Notes under the pieces: model-generated | What the model was told of the DNA's origin: nothing | Seen by the model: only the letters and a program-made list of their open reading frames with translations | The model's database searches: none | Made by a program: the position numbers and the translations under genes | Shown: in pieces, positions 13,050 through 28,201 of the stretch | How the letters are laid out: every line of letters starts with the position of its first letter | Numbering within the stretch: position 1 is the first letter of the stretch | From: Octopus vulgaris | Taxonomy: Eukaryota | DNA: 64,000 nt | Assembly (NCBI GenBank): GCA_951406725.2 | Contig: OX597818.1 | Coordinates: 79,484,001-79,548,000 of the forward strand | Direction of reading: 5' to 3'

Positions 13050-13498
13050 AGCTTACTTACTAACCACATGGTTCTGGGTTCAGTCCCATTGCGTAGCATC
13101 TTGGGGAAGTGTCTTCTAGGCGCAGGTGGAACTGTGTGGTAAGTAGCTTGCTTATCAACCACATGGTTCCGGGTTCAGTCCCACTGCGTGGCACATTGGG
13201 CAAGTGTCTTTTACTATAGCCTTGGGCCGACCAAGGTCTTGCGAGTGGATTTGGTAGAGGAAAACTGAAAGAAGCACATCATATGTGTGTGTGTTTGTCC
13301 TCCCACCATCGCTTGACAACCGATGCTGGTGTGTTTACATCCCCGTTTCTTAGCGGTTCGGCAAAAGTACCGATAGAACAAGTACTAGGCTTTAAAAGAA
13401 TAAGTCCTAGGATCTCGATTTGTTCGACTGAATGTGGTGCTCCAGCATGGCTGCAGTCAAATGACTGAAACAATAGAAGGAATAAAAGAATAAAAGGA
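13050..13498 (+). mobile_element. SINE family B, full copy preceded by a duplicated partial head
   Basis: CCACATGGTTC(T/C)GGGTTCAGTCCCA.TGCGT occurs twice (13064, 13159); body GGCAAGTGTCTT..GTGGATTTGGTAG..GACAACCGATGCTGGTGTGTTTAC; GAATAAAA tail. Confidence 0.85.
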
Positions 13499-13529
<31 letters not shown>

Positions 13530-15009
13530 GTGTTAAAATTTAGAACAAACAGTAAAAGGTTGTCATTATACTACTCGGAGTTTCAAATGTCGGAGCGAAG
13601 ACCTACAATATATTCTCGTTGGCTATTTATGATAATAAACGAGAATGTATCGCAGCTCTTCGCGCCAACATTTGAAATTCCGAGTACTATGATGACAACC
13701 TTTTACTGTTTGTCCTAAATTATAGCATATATAAATGAACCTCTTTTTCTCTAATATCAAGGTCTCGCTCTTTTGTTGTTACTTTTTATTATATATATTA
13801 CATGGAGCATAAACAATACAGAAAACTAAGAAAATAATGCATAGAATTGTTAACTCGACAGCTGTTTCTAGGAGTTCGATGCCGTGTGTGCATGTAGATT
13901 TGCAAGTATTATGTGTATTTATATATGTACGTAAGTTTGAATGTATGTATATATGTATGTATGTACGTATGTATGTTGTATTTTCTGGATTTATGTTATT
14001 CATTATAATATTTTTTTCCAGAATCCAAGCCGGTCGTTAACAAAGTGACAACGCTCTTTTATTCATTTCAAGAGGCTCTTGTGGTTTGTGGTTACCTGAA
14101 TAAGCTGATGTTTGCATATATGTGTATTGATGTTCTGTCAATATGGTTGTGCATGGGGATAAAATTCGTACACGTGAGTCTGTGTGATAGAATAGAACAC
14201 AATATGTCTTTCATTTAACGTTTATGTGTATATGTGCATATGTATTCTAAATGTATAATCATTATATATAAGTATCTATGTATGCATGTATGGATGTAAC
14301 GTATGTATGTGTGTGTGTTGTGTATGTGTGCGTGTGTTGTGTATTTCTCTGCTTGTGTGGTGACGGCATGTACATATGAATTAGGGCAGTTTTATCGAGA
14401 ATTTGAAGTTTACCCTTTCTACAATGGGTTATAGGTAATGGGCGTAAGGAAATAAATTAGCCTGAGAGAGTCAAAAAATCAAAAGAGAAACAAGAAAACA
14501 ACTTGGATTCAACAGAGCGTGCGCAAGGTTTTTCATTTATTTTATTTTATAATTTATTTTATCTTGTTTTATTAGAAAATTAGGTTCCCAGAATGTTTTT
14601 AAAACTTGCAAAACGAAAGTTAAAGCAACAAATAAATAAAACAAATAAATAAATAAATAAATAAATAAAACAAGACATCAAAAAACATGGACGTCTGTTT
14701 TAAAAACAGGCCAAAATATATAACATGTATGGTACAGATTGAGAAGGGAACTTACAAAACTTGGAATAATAAATATTCGTTTTCTGGAGATGAAACGAAG
14801 AGATACGATGTGAGGAGGAATTGACTACTATTTTTAGCAGATCATTTACCACGTAGGGACTTCCTTGCTGGATCGAGCAGATTGTGTTTTTAGTTGGTAG
14901 TGTTGAGTTCCATAAAAAGCCATGGGTTGTACAGATATATCCATGTATAATTTATCCAGCAAACGTTGCTTGTAATCTTCATTCACTTAAATAAAATGTT
15001 GCAAGCAAT

Positions 15010-15098
<89 letters not shown>

Positions 15099-15109
15099 TG
15101 ATGATGATG

Positions 15110-15182
<73 letters not shown>

Positions 15183-15183
<1 letters not shown>

Positions 15184-16263
15184 CTACTTCAGAAGGAAGG
15201 AAAACTGATCCAGATAGCAGCAAAACACGAGCAAAACAAAAAACTGTTCTCAGTATTTAAGGAAGCTGACAAATACAAACAAGAAATCATACCACCTAAT
15301 AAACACAAAGAAGAAGAAGAAGATGATGAAGAAACAACAAAAGCTATAAAACAAATGAAATCCAAACTAAAAATAGAACAGCAACGAGCCATGATAAAAC
15401 GATGGCAAGAAAAACCCCTTCATGGTAAATACTGCACTAAACTAAACGCAAAAGAAATAGACAAAGAAAAATCCCAGCAATGGTTGAGAAGCTCAGGACT
15501 CAAAGCAGAAACAGAGGGATTTTTAATTGCAGCACAAGACCAAAGCCTCCCCACCAGAAATTACCAAAAACATGTAATGAAAAGAAATATTACAAGTAAC
15601 TGCAGAATATGTGGAGATGGACAAGAAACAATAAATCATATTATCTCTAGCTGCCCAGTCCTGGCTAAGAAGGAATATATTCACAGACATGACAGAGTTG
15701 GAACCTACATACATTGGAAGCTATGCCAACATTATGGAATAACAACAGAAAAAAGATGGTATAGGCACACACCAGAAAAGGTCACAGAAAACGAGAAAGC
15801 AACCATACTCTGGGATATGCCGATACACACAGATAGAGAAATTAAGGCCAACAGACCAGATATAGTTGTCAGAGACCATGAAGAAAAAAATGCTTCCTAA
15901 TTGATGTATCAATACCGGCTGATGACAACGTGTCTCTAAAAGAAATGGAGAAACTCTCAAAATACAAAGACCTGGAAATAGAGGTAACTAGAATGTGGAA
16001 TCTGAAAACAGAAACAATTCCTATCATAGTAGGTGCATTAGGCATGATAAAAAAATATTCAGACAAATACATAACAAAAACACCAGGACTTACAAACACA
16101 TATAACATACAGAAAATTGCACTACTAGGCACTGCACACATCCTACGCAGAACACTTTCCATACAATAACCATCAGAGCATCACAACAAATCACAGCACA
16201 TACCCAAGGCACACAGAGCTGCGATCGGTAGTGAAGTGAAAGCACGCTATAAAAATAAAACTA

Positions 16264-16266
<3 letters not shown>
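15183..16266 (+). mobile_element. Young R4/Dong-like LINE 3' end (CCHC knuckle, REL endonuclease, 3' UTR)
   Basis: CRICGDGQETINHIISSC..EYIHRHD, WDMPIHTDREIKANRPDIVV, KLSKYKDL, IPIIVGALG; one frameshift in the A run near 15890; flanked by (TAA)n on both sides. Confidence 0.93.
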
Positions 16267-16301
<35 letters not shown>

Positions 16302-16302
<1 letters not shown>

Positions 16303-16835
16303 CGCAGTGAACTGGTAGATTCGTTAGCACGCAGGACAAAATTCTTAGAAGCATTTTGCCCGCCTATTACGTTCTGAGTTCAAATTCTGCCGCGGTTAAT
16401 TTTGTATTTCATACTTTCGAGGGTGGTAAAATAAGTACCAGTTGAGTACTGGGGTCGATGTAATCGATTTATCCTCTCCTCGGAAACTGCCGGCCTTGTG
16501 CCAAAATTTGAAACCATTATCTTACAAGTAAAAGAAAGCGTTTTAAACATGTTTGACTAGTTTGAATTCATGTAAATGAATATATTTCGAAAGATGCTTT
16601 ACCATTGTTTATATCTCTATATAATAATCCTTTCAACAATAGGCGCGAGACCTCAAATTCCGTGAGGGTGGGGCGAACTGGTCGCTTGACTGTACTTATT
16701 TCATCGACTCTAAAAGGATGTAAGGCAAAGTCAGCCTCGACTGAAATTAAACTCAGAACTTCAGCACAAGAGTCAATCTAATCGACTTAGCACATCCCCC
16801 AAATTGTTGGCATTGTGCCAAAATTAGAAACCAAT
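16302..16835. mobile_element. SINE family A copies and fragments
   Basis: GTTCTGAGTTCAAATTCTGCCG..TAAAATAAGTACCAGTTGAGTACTGGGGTCGATGTAATCGA (+), with a minus-strand fragment at ~16625-16760. Confidence 0.7.
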
Positions 16836-16949
16836 ATGTATGTTCCATTCAAATTTTAAACAGTGACATTTCACTGCAAATACCCTTCACTTCAGTCTCA
16901 TATAAGACAAATATGAAGCCGAAATCAGTATCAACTGATTCATTTAAAT

Positions 16950-17208
16950 TAATGTTTCTCAGCCATTATTTCCCTTACAGATCCCTTCAATTCCTGCATT
17001 ACTAGGGTGAGATCCTTATAGATATTCGATGTTTAAAAAATCCTATTCCATTTTTTTAATTAAGTATTTTTAGGGATTGTATTTTTAAAAATTGCTGAAA
17101 TATTTTGGGTATTATAGAGGTATAACAAATTTATTACACATAAATTTTAACAGCAAAATCTTATATAGATCCCCACGAGATTTATGGATCCCCGGTCCAG
17201 AAGCATTG
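16950..17208. mobile_element. hAT-type MITE
   Basis: 8-bp target duplication ATTTAAAT (16942-16949 and 17209-17216) around degenerate TIRs TAATGTTTCTCAGCC / GGTCCAGAAGCATTG. Confidence 0.6.
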
Positions 17209-17609
17209 ATTTAAATGGTTATTAAATAGAGTAACCATTAAAGTACCATCATTTTCACCTAACACACTTTTAAACCAGTCACAATCAACCTTTCTCATAA
17301 TTTATCCACAAATTTTATCAAAGCTGTATCCTGAAATTCAAAACTTACGCATTATAATACACACAAAGATACATGAAAATATCTAAGGTTAGTAGGGTTT
17401 GGACAATATTTGTACTGTTCAAACTATGTTAACATAATGCATTTTATATGCAAATGAATCTAGATAATCAAATAGCTCTGTTACACTGTTGGAGGGAGCT
17501 ACATTATCAAGGAAACCCTAAGAGTTTAAGTAAATATTAATGTCTGTTAGTGCAAGCTTTGTTAGGTGTTTTAAGGAAGAGAGAGGAACAGCCAGAAATA
17601 GATTGACAT

Positions 17610-17654
17610 ACATACATACAGACAGACAGACAAAAAGAAAGAAAGAAAGAAAGC

Positions 17655-17686
<32 letters not shown>

Positions 17687-17735
17687 CAGATAGACAGACA
17701 GACAGACAGACAGACAAGTAGATAGATATATAAAC

Positions 17736-17802
<67 letters not shown>

Positions 17803-17815
17803 TAGATAGATAGAC

Positions 17816-17908
<93 letters not shown>

Positions 17909-17962
17909 GGCAGGCAGGCAGGCAGGCAGACAGGCAGGCAGGCAGACAGACAGACAGACAGA
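17610..17962. repeat. Compound tetranucleotide microsatellite (CATA/GACA/GAAA/GATA/GGCA)
   Basis: Read directly from the sequence. Confidence 0.95.
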
Positions 17963-18544
17963 AAGATAAAGCGAAAGCAAGAGAGAAATAGAGACCGAAA
18001 TGGGGTGGAGAGACGTTGATGCATTTGGTAAGTAAAGACTATTTATTTTATTTATTTTTGTATTTATGCGTACATGTGTTTGGTGGGGACTATATTTGTG
18101 TGTTTGTCTAGTATTTAAATTATTTAGTAAAATCCATACCATTTGATTACTTTTTTACATTATATGCGTCCCGCTTCATTTTTAATTACAGCTAACCTTC
18201 TCGTGGCCAAACATCTAATTCTTTTCCTATATGAAAAATTCTCATTTCTGATTTGCAAGCACTTTGAGAATGTACTAAACTGAATAAACGTTTTTCCATA
18301 GATGACTTGCAATACAAAGATCAGACTGCCATTTCCCTAAGCATGTAAATTGGGGAATAGATTCTTGATTTAATGAAATTAACTTCTCTTTCTTCAGAGT
18401 TACTTTCCATCTCCCACTCAAAGGAGAAATCTCAAGAAAATATCAATTTATGCCGCATTGTATTCGGTACATCACCCTCTAGATAATCTATCTCAATTCT
18501 CGCCTCTAAACCATGTAACTTATTTCTCATAGCAATGTATGTAT

Positions 18545-18583
<39 letters not shown>

Positions 18584-18584
<1 letters not shown>

Positions 18585-19723
18585 GCGGGGGACTGAAAAG
18601 TTCATAAGCTGACCAAAATACATTCATGAAATGTGACCAAATGAGGTTTATTTTTCAACATAGTCACCCTTACAGTTCACAAACTCTTTCCATCGGGTGT
18701 TGTAGTGCTTGGATCCCTTTGGTGAAGAAGCTTTCATCCTGTTACTCAACGAAGTCATCTATATCAGATATGACGTCATCATCACTGCGTTACTGGTTCC
18801 CAATCAAGTATTTTTTCATGTTAGGGGACAGATGATTATCAGATGGGACCAAATCAGGAGAATAGAGAGGCTAACCAGCCAGTTCAAAGCTACAGTCATG
18901 CACAACAGCCATTGAAACCAAGGGTTTCTGTGCTGGAACATTGTCCCGATGAAACAAGTCACCAAGTTGGCATAGTATTTTCCATTGATGATTTGGTTCT
19001 TTTGAAGATAGTCAATAAACACAATACCTTTTGCATTCCAAAAAACTGAGGCTATCACCTCTGAAGATTAAACGACATTAGTCTTCTTTGGAACAGAGGA
19101 ACAGGTGAGGATAGGTATTTCCGCAGGATGAATTGCCTCTTTGTCTCTGGATCAAAGTGATGAAGCGAACACTCGTCCTGGCTTAAGAAACATTCAAGTA
19201 TACCAAGTTGGATCTGCATCAAACAATTCAGATTTTCGGATGATGTGATCGCCTGGTGTGCTTTCGATCAGGCATCAGATGTAACACCTACCGAGAAGAA
19301 ACATTAATTATGCAAAGTTCATTGCGCAGAATATCCTCAGCTCTCTCACGAGATTTGCTAATAGCAGTGACCATTTGATTTATAGTCAATCGCCTATCCT
19401 CCATCAGCATGTGGTAAACAGGATCAATTTTTTCTTCGGTAAAGAGTTATCCTCTAATGTAGAAACCATGTGAGTATGAATGTTCCTGGGGGCTACACAC
19501 TTATACAGCTGGTAATTGTTAACAGTACGATACTAAATTTTGTCCATTTTCAAGAGAAAGTGTTACTAGTTACTTTTGAAGTCTACTTCAAAGTGTCATG
19601 CGTTAGTTTACCCGGAAAGAAGCAATGCAGTAGTTAGTAAGATATGAAATTGATGATTGCAAGATTTCACAACTCTAGCATACTCCTTCATATTTGGCCT
19701 ATGAACTTTTTTAGCCACTTTTG
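18584..19723 (-). mobile_element. Decayed mariner-family transposon
   Basis: Imperfect TIRs (..GACTGAAAAGTTCATAAGCTGA / TTGGCCTATGAACTTTTTTAGCC..) with TA flanks; minus-strand IASVFWNAKGIVFIDYLQKNQIINGKYYANL and YSPDLVPSDNHL. Confidence 0.85.
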
Positions 19724-19792
19724 TATATACATACATGTATTCATTCATCCGTCCATCTATGCATACACATATACATACGAACAACTACATAC

Positions 19793-19845
<53 letters not shown>

Positions 19846-20358
19846 CAGCATGGACTATAAGAAGCAAGAGCTGATACGAGGACGGAAAGTCGCTGAAGAG
19901 GTCACATAAGTGTGACGAGCAATGGACGGGAGTTAAAATACGAAGAATAATAAACGAGTGTAGTGACATGCAGTGAGATCATATGTATCGTTGATTGTGA
20001 TGTCATGAAAGAGAAAAAGCTAGGTTTTCTTTGATGTTCCCGAGGGAGAATTTAGCTAAGTGTTGGCAAATAGAAATTAGCTCGATTGTTTTTAAAATTA
20101 GAAGATGGTGTTGAAGAGTGTTTCTTGAAGACAAATTGGACTTTTCTTTGATCCATTCTTAAACGCCTCCGTTTATCTGTTATTTAGTACGTTACGTTCG
20201 TGGACACGCCTTTGTTTCGCTATTTTTAAATGGACTTCGATATCATTAAAATACTTTTAATAAACTTATTTATTTCGGGTAGAATTGAGAGTATATGTAA
20301 CTAGCTTCGATAGGAAACCTACAGAACGGTACATGACGGTAAATAACGATATATATAT

Positions 20359-20733
20359 AGGAGTGGCTGTGTGGTAAATAGCTTGCTTACCAACAACATG
20401 GTTCCGGGCAAGTGTCTTCTACTATAGCCTCGGGTCGACCAAAGCCTTGTGAGTGGATTTGGTAGACAGAAACTGAAAGACGCCCGTCGTATATATGTAT
20501 ATATATATGTGTGTGTGTTTGTGTGTCTTTGTTTGTCCCCCCAACATCGCTTGACAACCGATGCTGGTGTGTTTACGTCCCCCGTAACTTAGTGGTTCGG
20601 CAAAAGAGACCGTTAGAATAAGTACTAGGCTTACAAAGAATAAGTCCTGGGGGTCGATTTCCTCGACTAAAGGCGGTGCTCCAGCATGGCCGCAGTCAAA
20701 TGACTGAAACAAGTAAAAGAGTAAAAGAGTAAA
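20359..20733 (+). mobile_element. SINE family B (small internal deletion in head)
   Basis: GGAGTGGCTGTGTGGTAA..TGGTTCCGGGCAAGTGTCTTCTACTATAGCCTCGGG..; (GAGTAAAA)n tail. Confidence 0.85.
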
Positions 20734-20780
<47 letters not shown>

Positions 20781-22170
20781 AAATATTGCAACAATGTAAT
20801 ACTTTTCATTTTTGGCAAACACACGCCTATATGTATATTCTCTTTCCACAAATATTTAGCAGCATCTTGAAGATACCAAACAACTAAAGACAAAACAATA
20901 TTACATCATGGATTTGGAAATAGAAAAACAATTTTATTGTACTACAAAATATTATCAACAATGTGGTGATACTCAGCAAATAGCTTTACTCCTCATCCCC
21001 GCCACACCCTAAAAATGGGACTTTTAATAGATAAAAATGTTTGGATATAAATCGAAGAGCCTCAAGCAGGAGTCATATGTGACCAGTAAGAGATTCCGAC
21101 GTTAGGCGAGAGTCGCTAAATAAAAAATTAACAATGTATAATAGAATTTATATTTTTATTTATTTTTCTCTGGCGTTATTTCCTATTTGCTTCTATCTAC
21201 AGGTCAAAGGAAATTACTACTATTCCCTTCAAATTTTGCCTTTGTAATCTGGACATCAATCTTTTGAAACTGACTTATTTACCATTACATTTAAGACAGA
21301 TTCAGTGCTGAGTTGCTGAAGTAGAAATATCAGCATAGCAAACATTCTGATCGATGCTACAGATTCGCTTGTCAGACGCTTGACCATAACCATTTGCGCA
21401 TGCACTTTAGTAGCTGACAATATGTGCGTCTATGATCATGAGCAGGAGCAGTGGGGGCGCATCATAGCCATGTGTTGAAAGTGATTCTTTGGAGTTTGAA
21501 TAAATGCAACAAAAGCAAAGTTTGAAGAAGATATTAGTCATTTTTCATAATTTTTAAAGGTAAGCAAATAGAAAATAACAGTTGTTGTCAAGGAGAAAAA
21601 TCGTGTTACACAGTGTAATTATTCCTACTATAAGCAAAGATCCGAAATTTCAGCGAAAATCAACCACAAGTCTACAGAAACATGAAAGTACAATCGATAA
21701 AAATAACAATTTACCAAGGTGCACTGTGGCTAGAAGAAATCCGGATGAAGTAGCGACACCGCATTGTAGCAAATATATATACGAATATACAAACACTAAC
21801 GATGGTGATATATTTGATATTGTGATAGAAGAATAAAACATCGAAATGTGAGGGCTCCAGCTGGAGGTAACTTCTGGTACAAATAAATTAACATGCATTG
21901 AGTTATGCAATCACCGTGTAGAAGCAAATTTTCTGAATGGATATAAATATACCAAGCTGGTATATTTATATATCAAGTCTGGTCTATTTATATTCTAGCA
22001 TCAAATCTGAAACCTGAAAAAAAAAAACGAATCGCATGACAGAGAAATAGAGGCCAATATAATTTTATTTATATGTGTGTGTGTGTGTGTGTCTGTATGT
22101 GTGACCGCGTGTATATCATTGATGATTTTCTTTCTCCGTCTTCCCTTCCTTGGACCTTTCCTTTTTCTAT

Positions 22171-22205
22171 GTTTCTGACGAAGAGCTCCGCTCGAAACGT
22201 TAAAT
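22171..22205 (+). ncRNA. Minimal type I hammerhead ribozyme motif
   Basis: GTTT CTGACGA A GAGC TCC GCTC GAAAC GTT AAAT: intact core, 4-bp helix II, helix I GUUU/AAAU, palindromic AACGUU in place of helix III. Confidence 0.65.
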
Positions 22206-22660
22206 CCTCCTTCTTTCTTTCCTTTCCTGAGCGTCCAATAAGTCTATACTTGTTCCACGTCCTCGCGTTGTTGTGTTTTCTCTTTGTTCATGTTTGGATT
22301 ATATATATATATATATATATATATATAAGCTGCTATCTGAACTCATTTCTGCTTTCAGCATAGAGTATCTTTTATTTGTTATATTTTACTAGTTCTAATC
22401 ATTGGATTGCGATTGTGCTGGAGCACAGCTTCAAGAATTTAGTCGATTGCCCTCAGTACTTATTTTAATGTCTAGCTAGGACGTAAACAAAGTCACGCGG
22501 GTTGTCCAACGATGGTGAGGAAACAAACTAAAGAACGCAAATACATAAATACAAACACACACACACGTGCATGCCAGTTTGCGCGCGCGCACTTATGTGT
22601 GTGTGCGTGTGAGTGTGTGTATGTATGTGAGAGAGAGAGAGAGAGTGTATGTGTGTGTAC

Positions 22661-22696
<36 letters not shown>

Positions 22697-22851
22697 TTGT
22701 ATATAAGTATCTGAAGAAAGCCATGCAGGAAATAGGCACTCAAGTTCAAGATGACTGTTTTTTTTATAAGAAACCGAAAGTTGAATCCTTCAGTCAGTGA
22801 GGATTTGCCCAGTACTCGCCGCCCACTCAGGAGATGCACGCAGAAGCTTGG

Positions 22852-23830
<979 letters not shown>

Positions 23831-24288
23831 TATCTATGTATTTATATATATATTGTTTCGACAATTTTTTTTACACAATTTCTTAAAAGCGCTCAGGTCG
23901 AACCCGAAGCGCTAGACATTATATAAGTTGATTTAAGAAGAGAAAGAATTTAGATAAAATCCTTTAGTTATGATTTACATCAACATAATAAACACATATA
24001 ACACAATAAATACACCAAGACAAGGAACATATCAATATAGTATTTAAAATAGAAATAAGAATTACATGATGCAAAAATATACGTGAAAATGATAAAGAGT
24101 GATACATCGATTAAAAATCACATTAGATTTTTTTTAAATTGTTGAATTATAAATTAAAAGTTGTAAGATATATCGACGGCAGTGAGAAATCTTAATGTTA
24201 ATTTAAAAATTAGAGAAATAATAAGGATAAATTTGTTTTAAGAGTTCTAAACAAATGTTTATAGACGGTTATAGTATCATATAAGATG

Positions 24289-24376
24289 TATTTCGACGGC
24301 CGTTTCTGGAATCAATTGTCTACAAGGTATGAATCCTTTAATTTCGCACTGACAATGTCCTCTTCATCAGGAAATA
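24289..24376 (-). ncRNA. Type I hammerhead ribozyme motif with long helix II region
   Basis: Minus strand TATTTC CTGATGA ...57 nt... GAAAC GGCC GTC GAAATA: intact core, 6-bp helix I, palindromic GGCC loop, GUC site. Confidence 0.72.
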
Positions 24377-24815
24377 GGGAAATAGCAAGGTTCGAAGAAT
24401 TATAAGAAAAAGGAAAATTTAAGGCTACATTATGTTGGTCGTCAGCTACTGCGTCAGATGCTGACCACTTTTACAATGATTCACGTTTATATATTTAATG
24501 AAATTTTAATGTAGGATGATGGGAGACCAAAAAATTTTGGGTGGTTAGACAAGATGGAAAAAAGATTTTTTTAAAATATTCCGCGTAATAATGAATTACT
24601 AACAGAGGAAGAAACAGGGCTGCTTAATACTTCATTCCCTATATTGCGTCTTATGGGATTTCCCGAAGGATGAGTAAAATTTATGAGTACATGAATGAAC
24701 GGTATCAGAGAATTTAATATGCTCAAATTGCCAGTGTGAAACTAATGGATTCATACCTTGTAGACAAATAGACTCTAGAAATGGCCGTCGAAACATATCT
24801 TATATGGTGCTATAA

Positions 24816-25035
24816 ATGGGCCCGGTTTCCCGGTTTCTATGGTATATGTGTTCCTCAGCTGGACGGGACGCGAGTCCATCGCAGCGTTACTAATTTTTGC
24901 CAGCTGAGTGCACTGGAGCAACGTGAAATGAAGTGTTTTGCTCATGAACACAACGCGTCGCTCGGTCCAGGAATCGAAACCACAATCTCACGAACATGAT
25001 ACTGGCACCTTAACCACTAAGCCACACGCCTCCAC
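24816..25035 (-). mobile_element. SINE family C with 14-bp target-site duplication
   Basis: Minus-strand A box TGGCTTAGTGG and B box GTTTCGATTCC; flanks ATATGGTGCTATAA (24802-24815) and ATATGATGTTATAA (25036-25049). Confidence 0.85.
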
Positions 25036-25637
25036 ATATGATGTTATAACCCTCTATAAACATTTGCTTAGAACTCTTAAAACAAATTTATCCTTATTAT
25101 TTCTCTAATTTTTAAATCAATCTTAAGATTTCTCACTACTGTCGATATATCTTACAACTTTTAATTCTTAATTCAACATTTTTTTAAAACATTAAATATG
25201 ATTTTTTTAATCAATGTATCACTCTTTATCCTTTACACGTATATTTTTACCTCAGATATTTTTATTTGCTGCGTGGTAAGCTATTTAAGAAACAGAAAAA
25301 CCGTTAGACTCACTTCACAGCTGTTTGTCAGTGAGCAGATCGCGGTCTCAAAGCGACGAAAATATTTTGGCAAATTAAATTTAAATGAAGTGAATTTTTG
25401 TGAGTTTCTCAAATGGCTTCTAAGTACCTTCCACGCTGCAATTGTTTTCGTTCCAGCATACGATCTCATATCAGGTCACTTGCTATGCAAGTACATCTCC
25501 GTAATATCTTTTTTATTTCTATTCTAAATAATATATTGATATGTTCCTTGTCTTGGTGCATTTATTGTGTTATATGTATTTATTATGCTGATGAAAATCA
25601 TAACTATAGGATGATTATCTAAATTTATATATATATA

Positions 25638-25692
<55 letters not shown>

Positions 25693-25945
25693 AGGTGAGA
25701 GGTGTGTGTATGCATGTGTGTGTTTATACATAACAGTATTTCTCTGTCTACCTAACTAAACTATCCGTATATACATTTATCTGACTATCTCTCTATCACC
25801 TTGATTTCATCCTGAAGCAAATTCTTTCAATGCAAGCTATTATCGCGTAAAGCTCACCCCTATAACATCCATCTCCAACAAACTCTTCCTCTCTTCCTCT
25901 CTCTCAACATTCTCTTTTTTATACACACATTGTTATATGTATTAT

Positions 25946-26017
<72 letters not shown>

Positions 26018-26298
26018 GATAAATTTTTCTCTGTGTATGTGCAGGAAGTTTTGTGTGTCTGAGATTTCATTTCTGTTCATGTACGTTGTTGTTGAATTTT
26101 ATATTTCAACTTTTATTTATCACCGGATTCATTAAAATTGCTTGTCGGTGTATCGCTTCATCTCTTATTTCCCTCAATCTGATTATAAATACACATACAT
26201 GCTCGCGAACCAAAACGCAAACACACATACACACACAAACAATTGTAAAAATATATGTGTACGTGTGCTGTTTGCTTGTGTGTGTATGTATAGGCGTG

Positions 26299-26338
<40 letters not shown>

Positions 26339-26365
26339 GTATGTGTGCACTTGTGTGCGTACATT

Positions 26366-26400
<35 letters not shown>

Positions 26401-26409
26401 GTATTTATG

Positions 26410-26491
<82 letters not shown>

Positions 26492-26685
26492 TATGCGTGC
26501 ATATATAAATATATATATATAATATATACATTTATATAGCATATACAGATACATATATGCATGTATATATATGTATATGTATATATATACATATATATGT
26601 GTATATATATTTATATATATATGTGAGTGTGTAAATATACATTTGAATGTACACTCACACATATGCACACACACACATATACATG

Positions 26686-26744
<59 letters not shown>

Positions 26745-26889
26745 CCATGTATGTATCTATTGTATTGTATTGGCCACTGGAAAGGCTCTCTAACTCAGTC
26801 AGACTGACAGCTTACTAAAACTACCTATATCTTAGTTTGAATATGTATAAGCGTATACACACACACGTACACATGCACACCCACTTGTA

Positions 26890-26933
<44 letters not shown>

Positions 26934-27276
26934 TATATATATATATGTGTGTGTGTGTGTATTTAGAGAGAGAGAAAGACTGACAGACAGATACATACAT
27001 ACATACTTACACATATACATATAAATATACATGCATATATAATAGAAATACAAACATTTAAAACTACAAGGATATGGAATAACAGGCCAGACAATTAACA
27101 GGTACTTGCGAATCGACGATGGCCAGGTAAAGCAACGTCGGCTCCTCCCGTCATTCTTCGACTGAACAATAGAAACGGAATGTGAAATTTAGGGAACGGG
27201 ACGGACGTGAAGCGAGGAGGCAAACAGCTTACACACGGACGCACATACACACACACGCAGGCACATACATATATAT

Positions 27277-27302
27277 ACATACGCTAGACATGCATGCGCG
27301 TA

Positions 27303-27352
<50 letters not shown>

Positions 27353-27495
27353 AGTGTGTGTATGTATGCATGTATATGTATATGTGTATGCGAATGTACA
27401 TTTTTATATCTTTTATTTATATATAGGTATACAAATATGAGTATATACATACATATAAACAAATGTATACATACACGCACGGACAAACGCGCATT

Positions 27496-27540
<45 letters not shown>

Positions 27541-27807
27541 TTGTATGTGTGTGTGTGTGTTTGTATGTATGTACAATAGTTTTTTTTATGGTGATAGCAA
27601 TGTATAGAAAGAGTAGAGGGGTGTACAAAAGATGGAGTCTACTCTGGTGGTATTTCAGAAGAGGACAACAAGGGCGAAGAAGAGTTGAGACATACAGTGC
27701 AGTATTTACCTGTTCCCTTGAGTGGTCATAGAGATCTATAGCAAGTGTATCACATTTATAACTACATGTACTTAGATACACATAATTACAGAGACCTAGA
27801 TATACAG

Positions 27808-27850
<43 letters not shown>

Positions 27851-28001
27851 TACAACCACACACACACACATATACACACATATATATATATTTACATATA
27901 TATATGTATATACACACACACACGTATATATATATATACCTACATATAGTGAAACACTAATTGACACCACGTACATACGCTAAACATGCATGCGCGCATT
28001 C

Positions 28002-28035
<34 letters not shown>

Positions 28036-28201
28036 ATATATGTGAGTGTGTGTGTGTGTGTGTGTGTATGTATGCATGTATATGTATATGTGTGTGCGAA
28101 TGTACGTTTTTATATCTTTTATTTATATATAGGTATACAAATATGGGTATATACATACATATAAACAAATGTATAAATAAACGCACGGACAAACGCGCAC
28201 T

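Larger units (their letters stand above)
23947..25625. mobile_element. Inverted pair of Penelope-like pseudo-LTRs, older, with secondary insertions
   Basis: 23947-~24358 is the diverged reverse complement of ~24727-25625 once the SINE at 24816-25035 and an extra segment at ~25256-25500 are removed; hammerhead motif at the inner end of each arm. Confidence 0.7.

Noticed and set aside
19893-19925. CTGAAGA followed by the GTCACA/TGTGAC hairpin
   Set aside because: Lacks the GAAA half of the hammerhead core.
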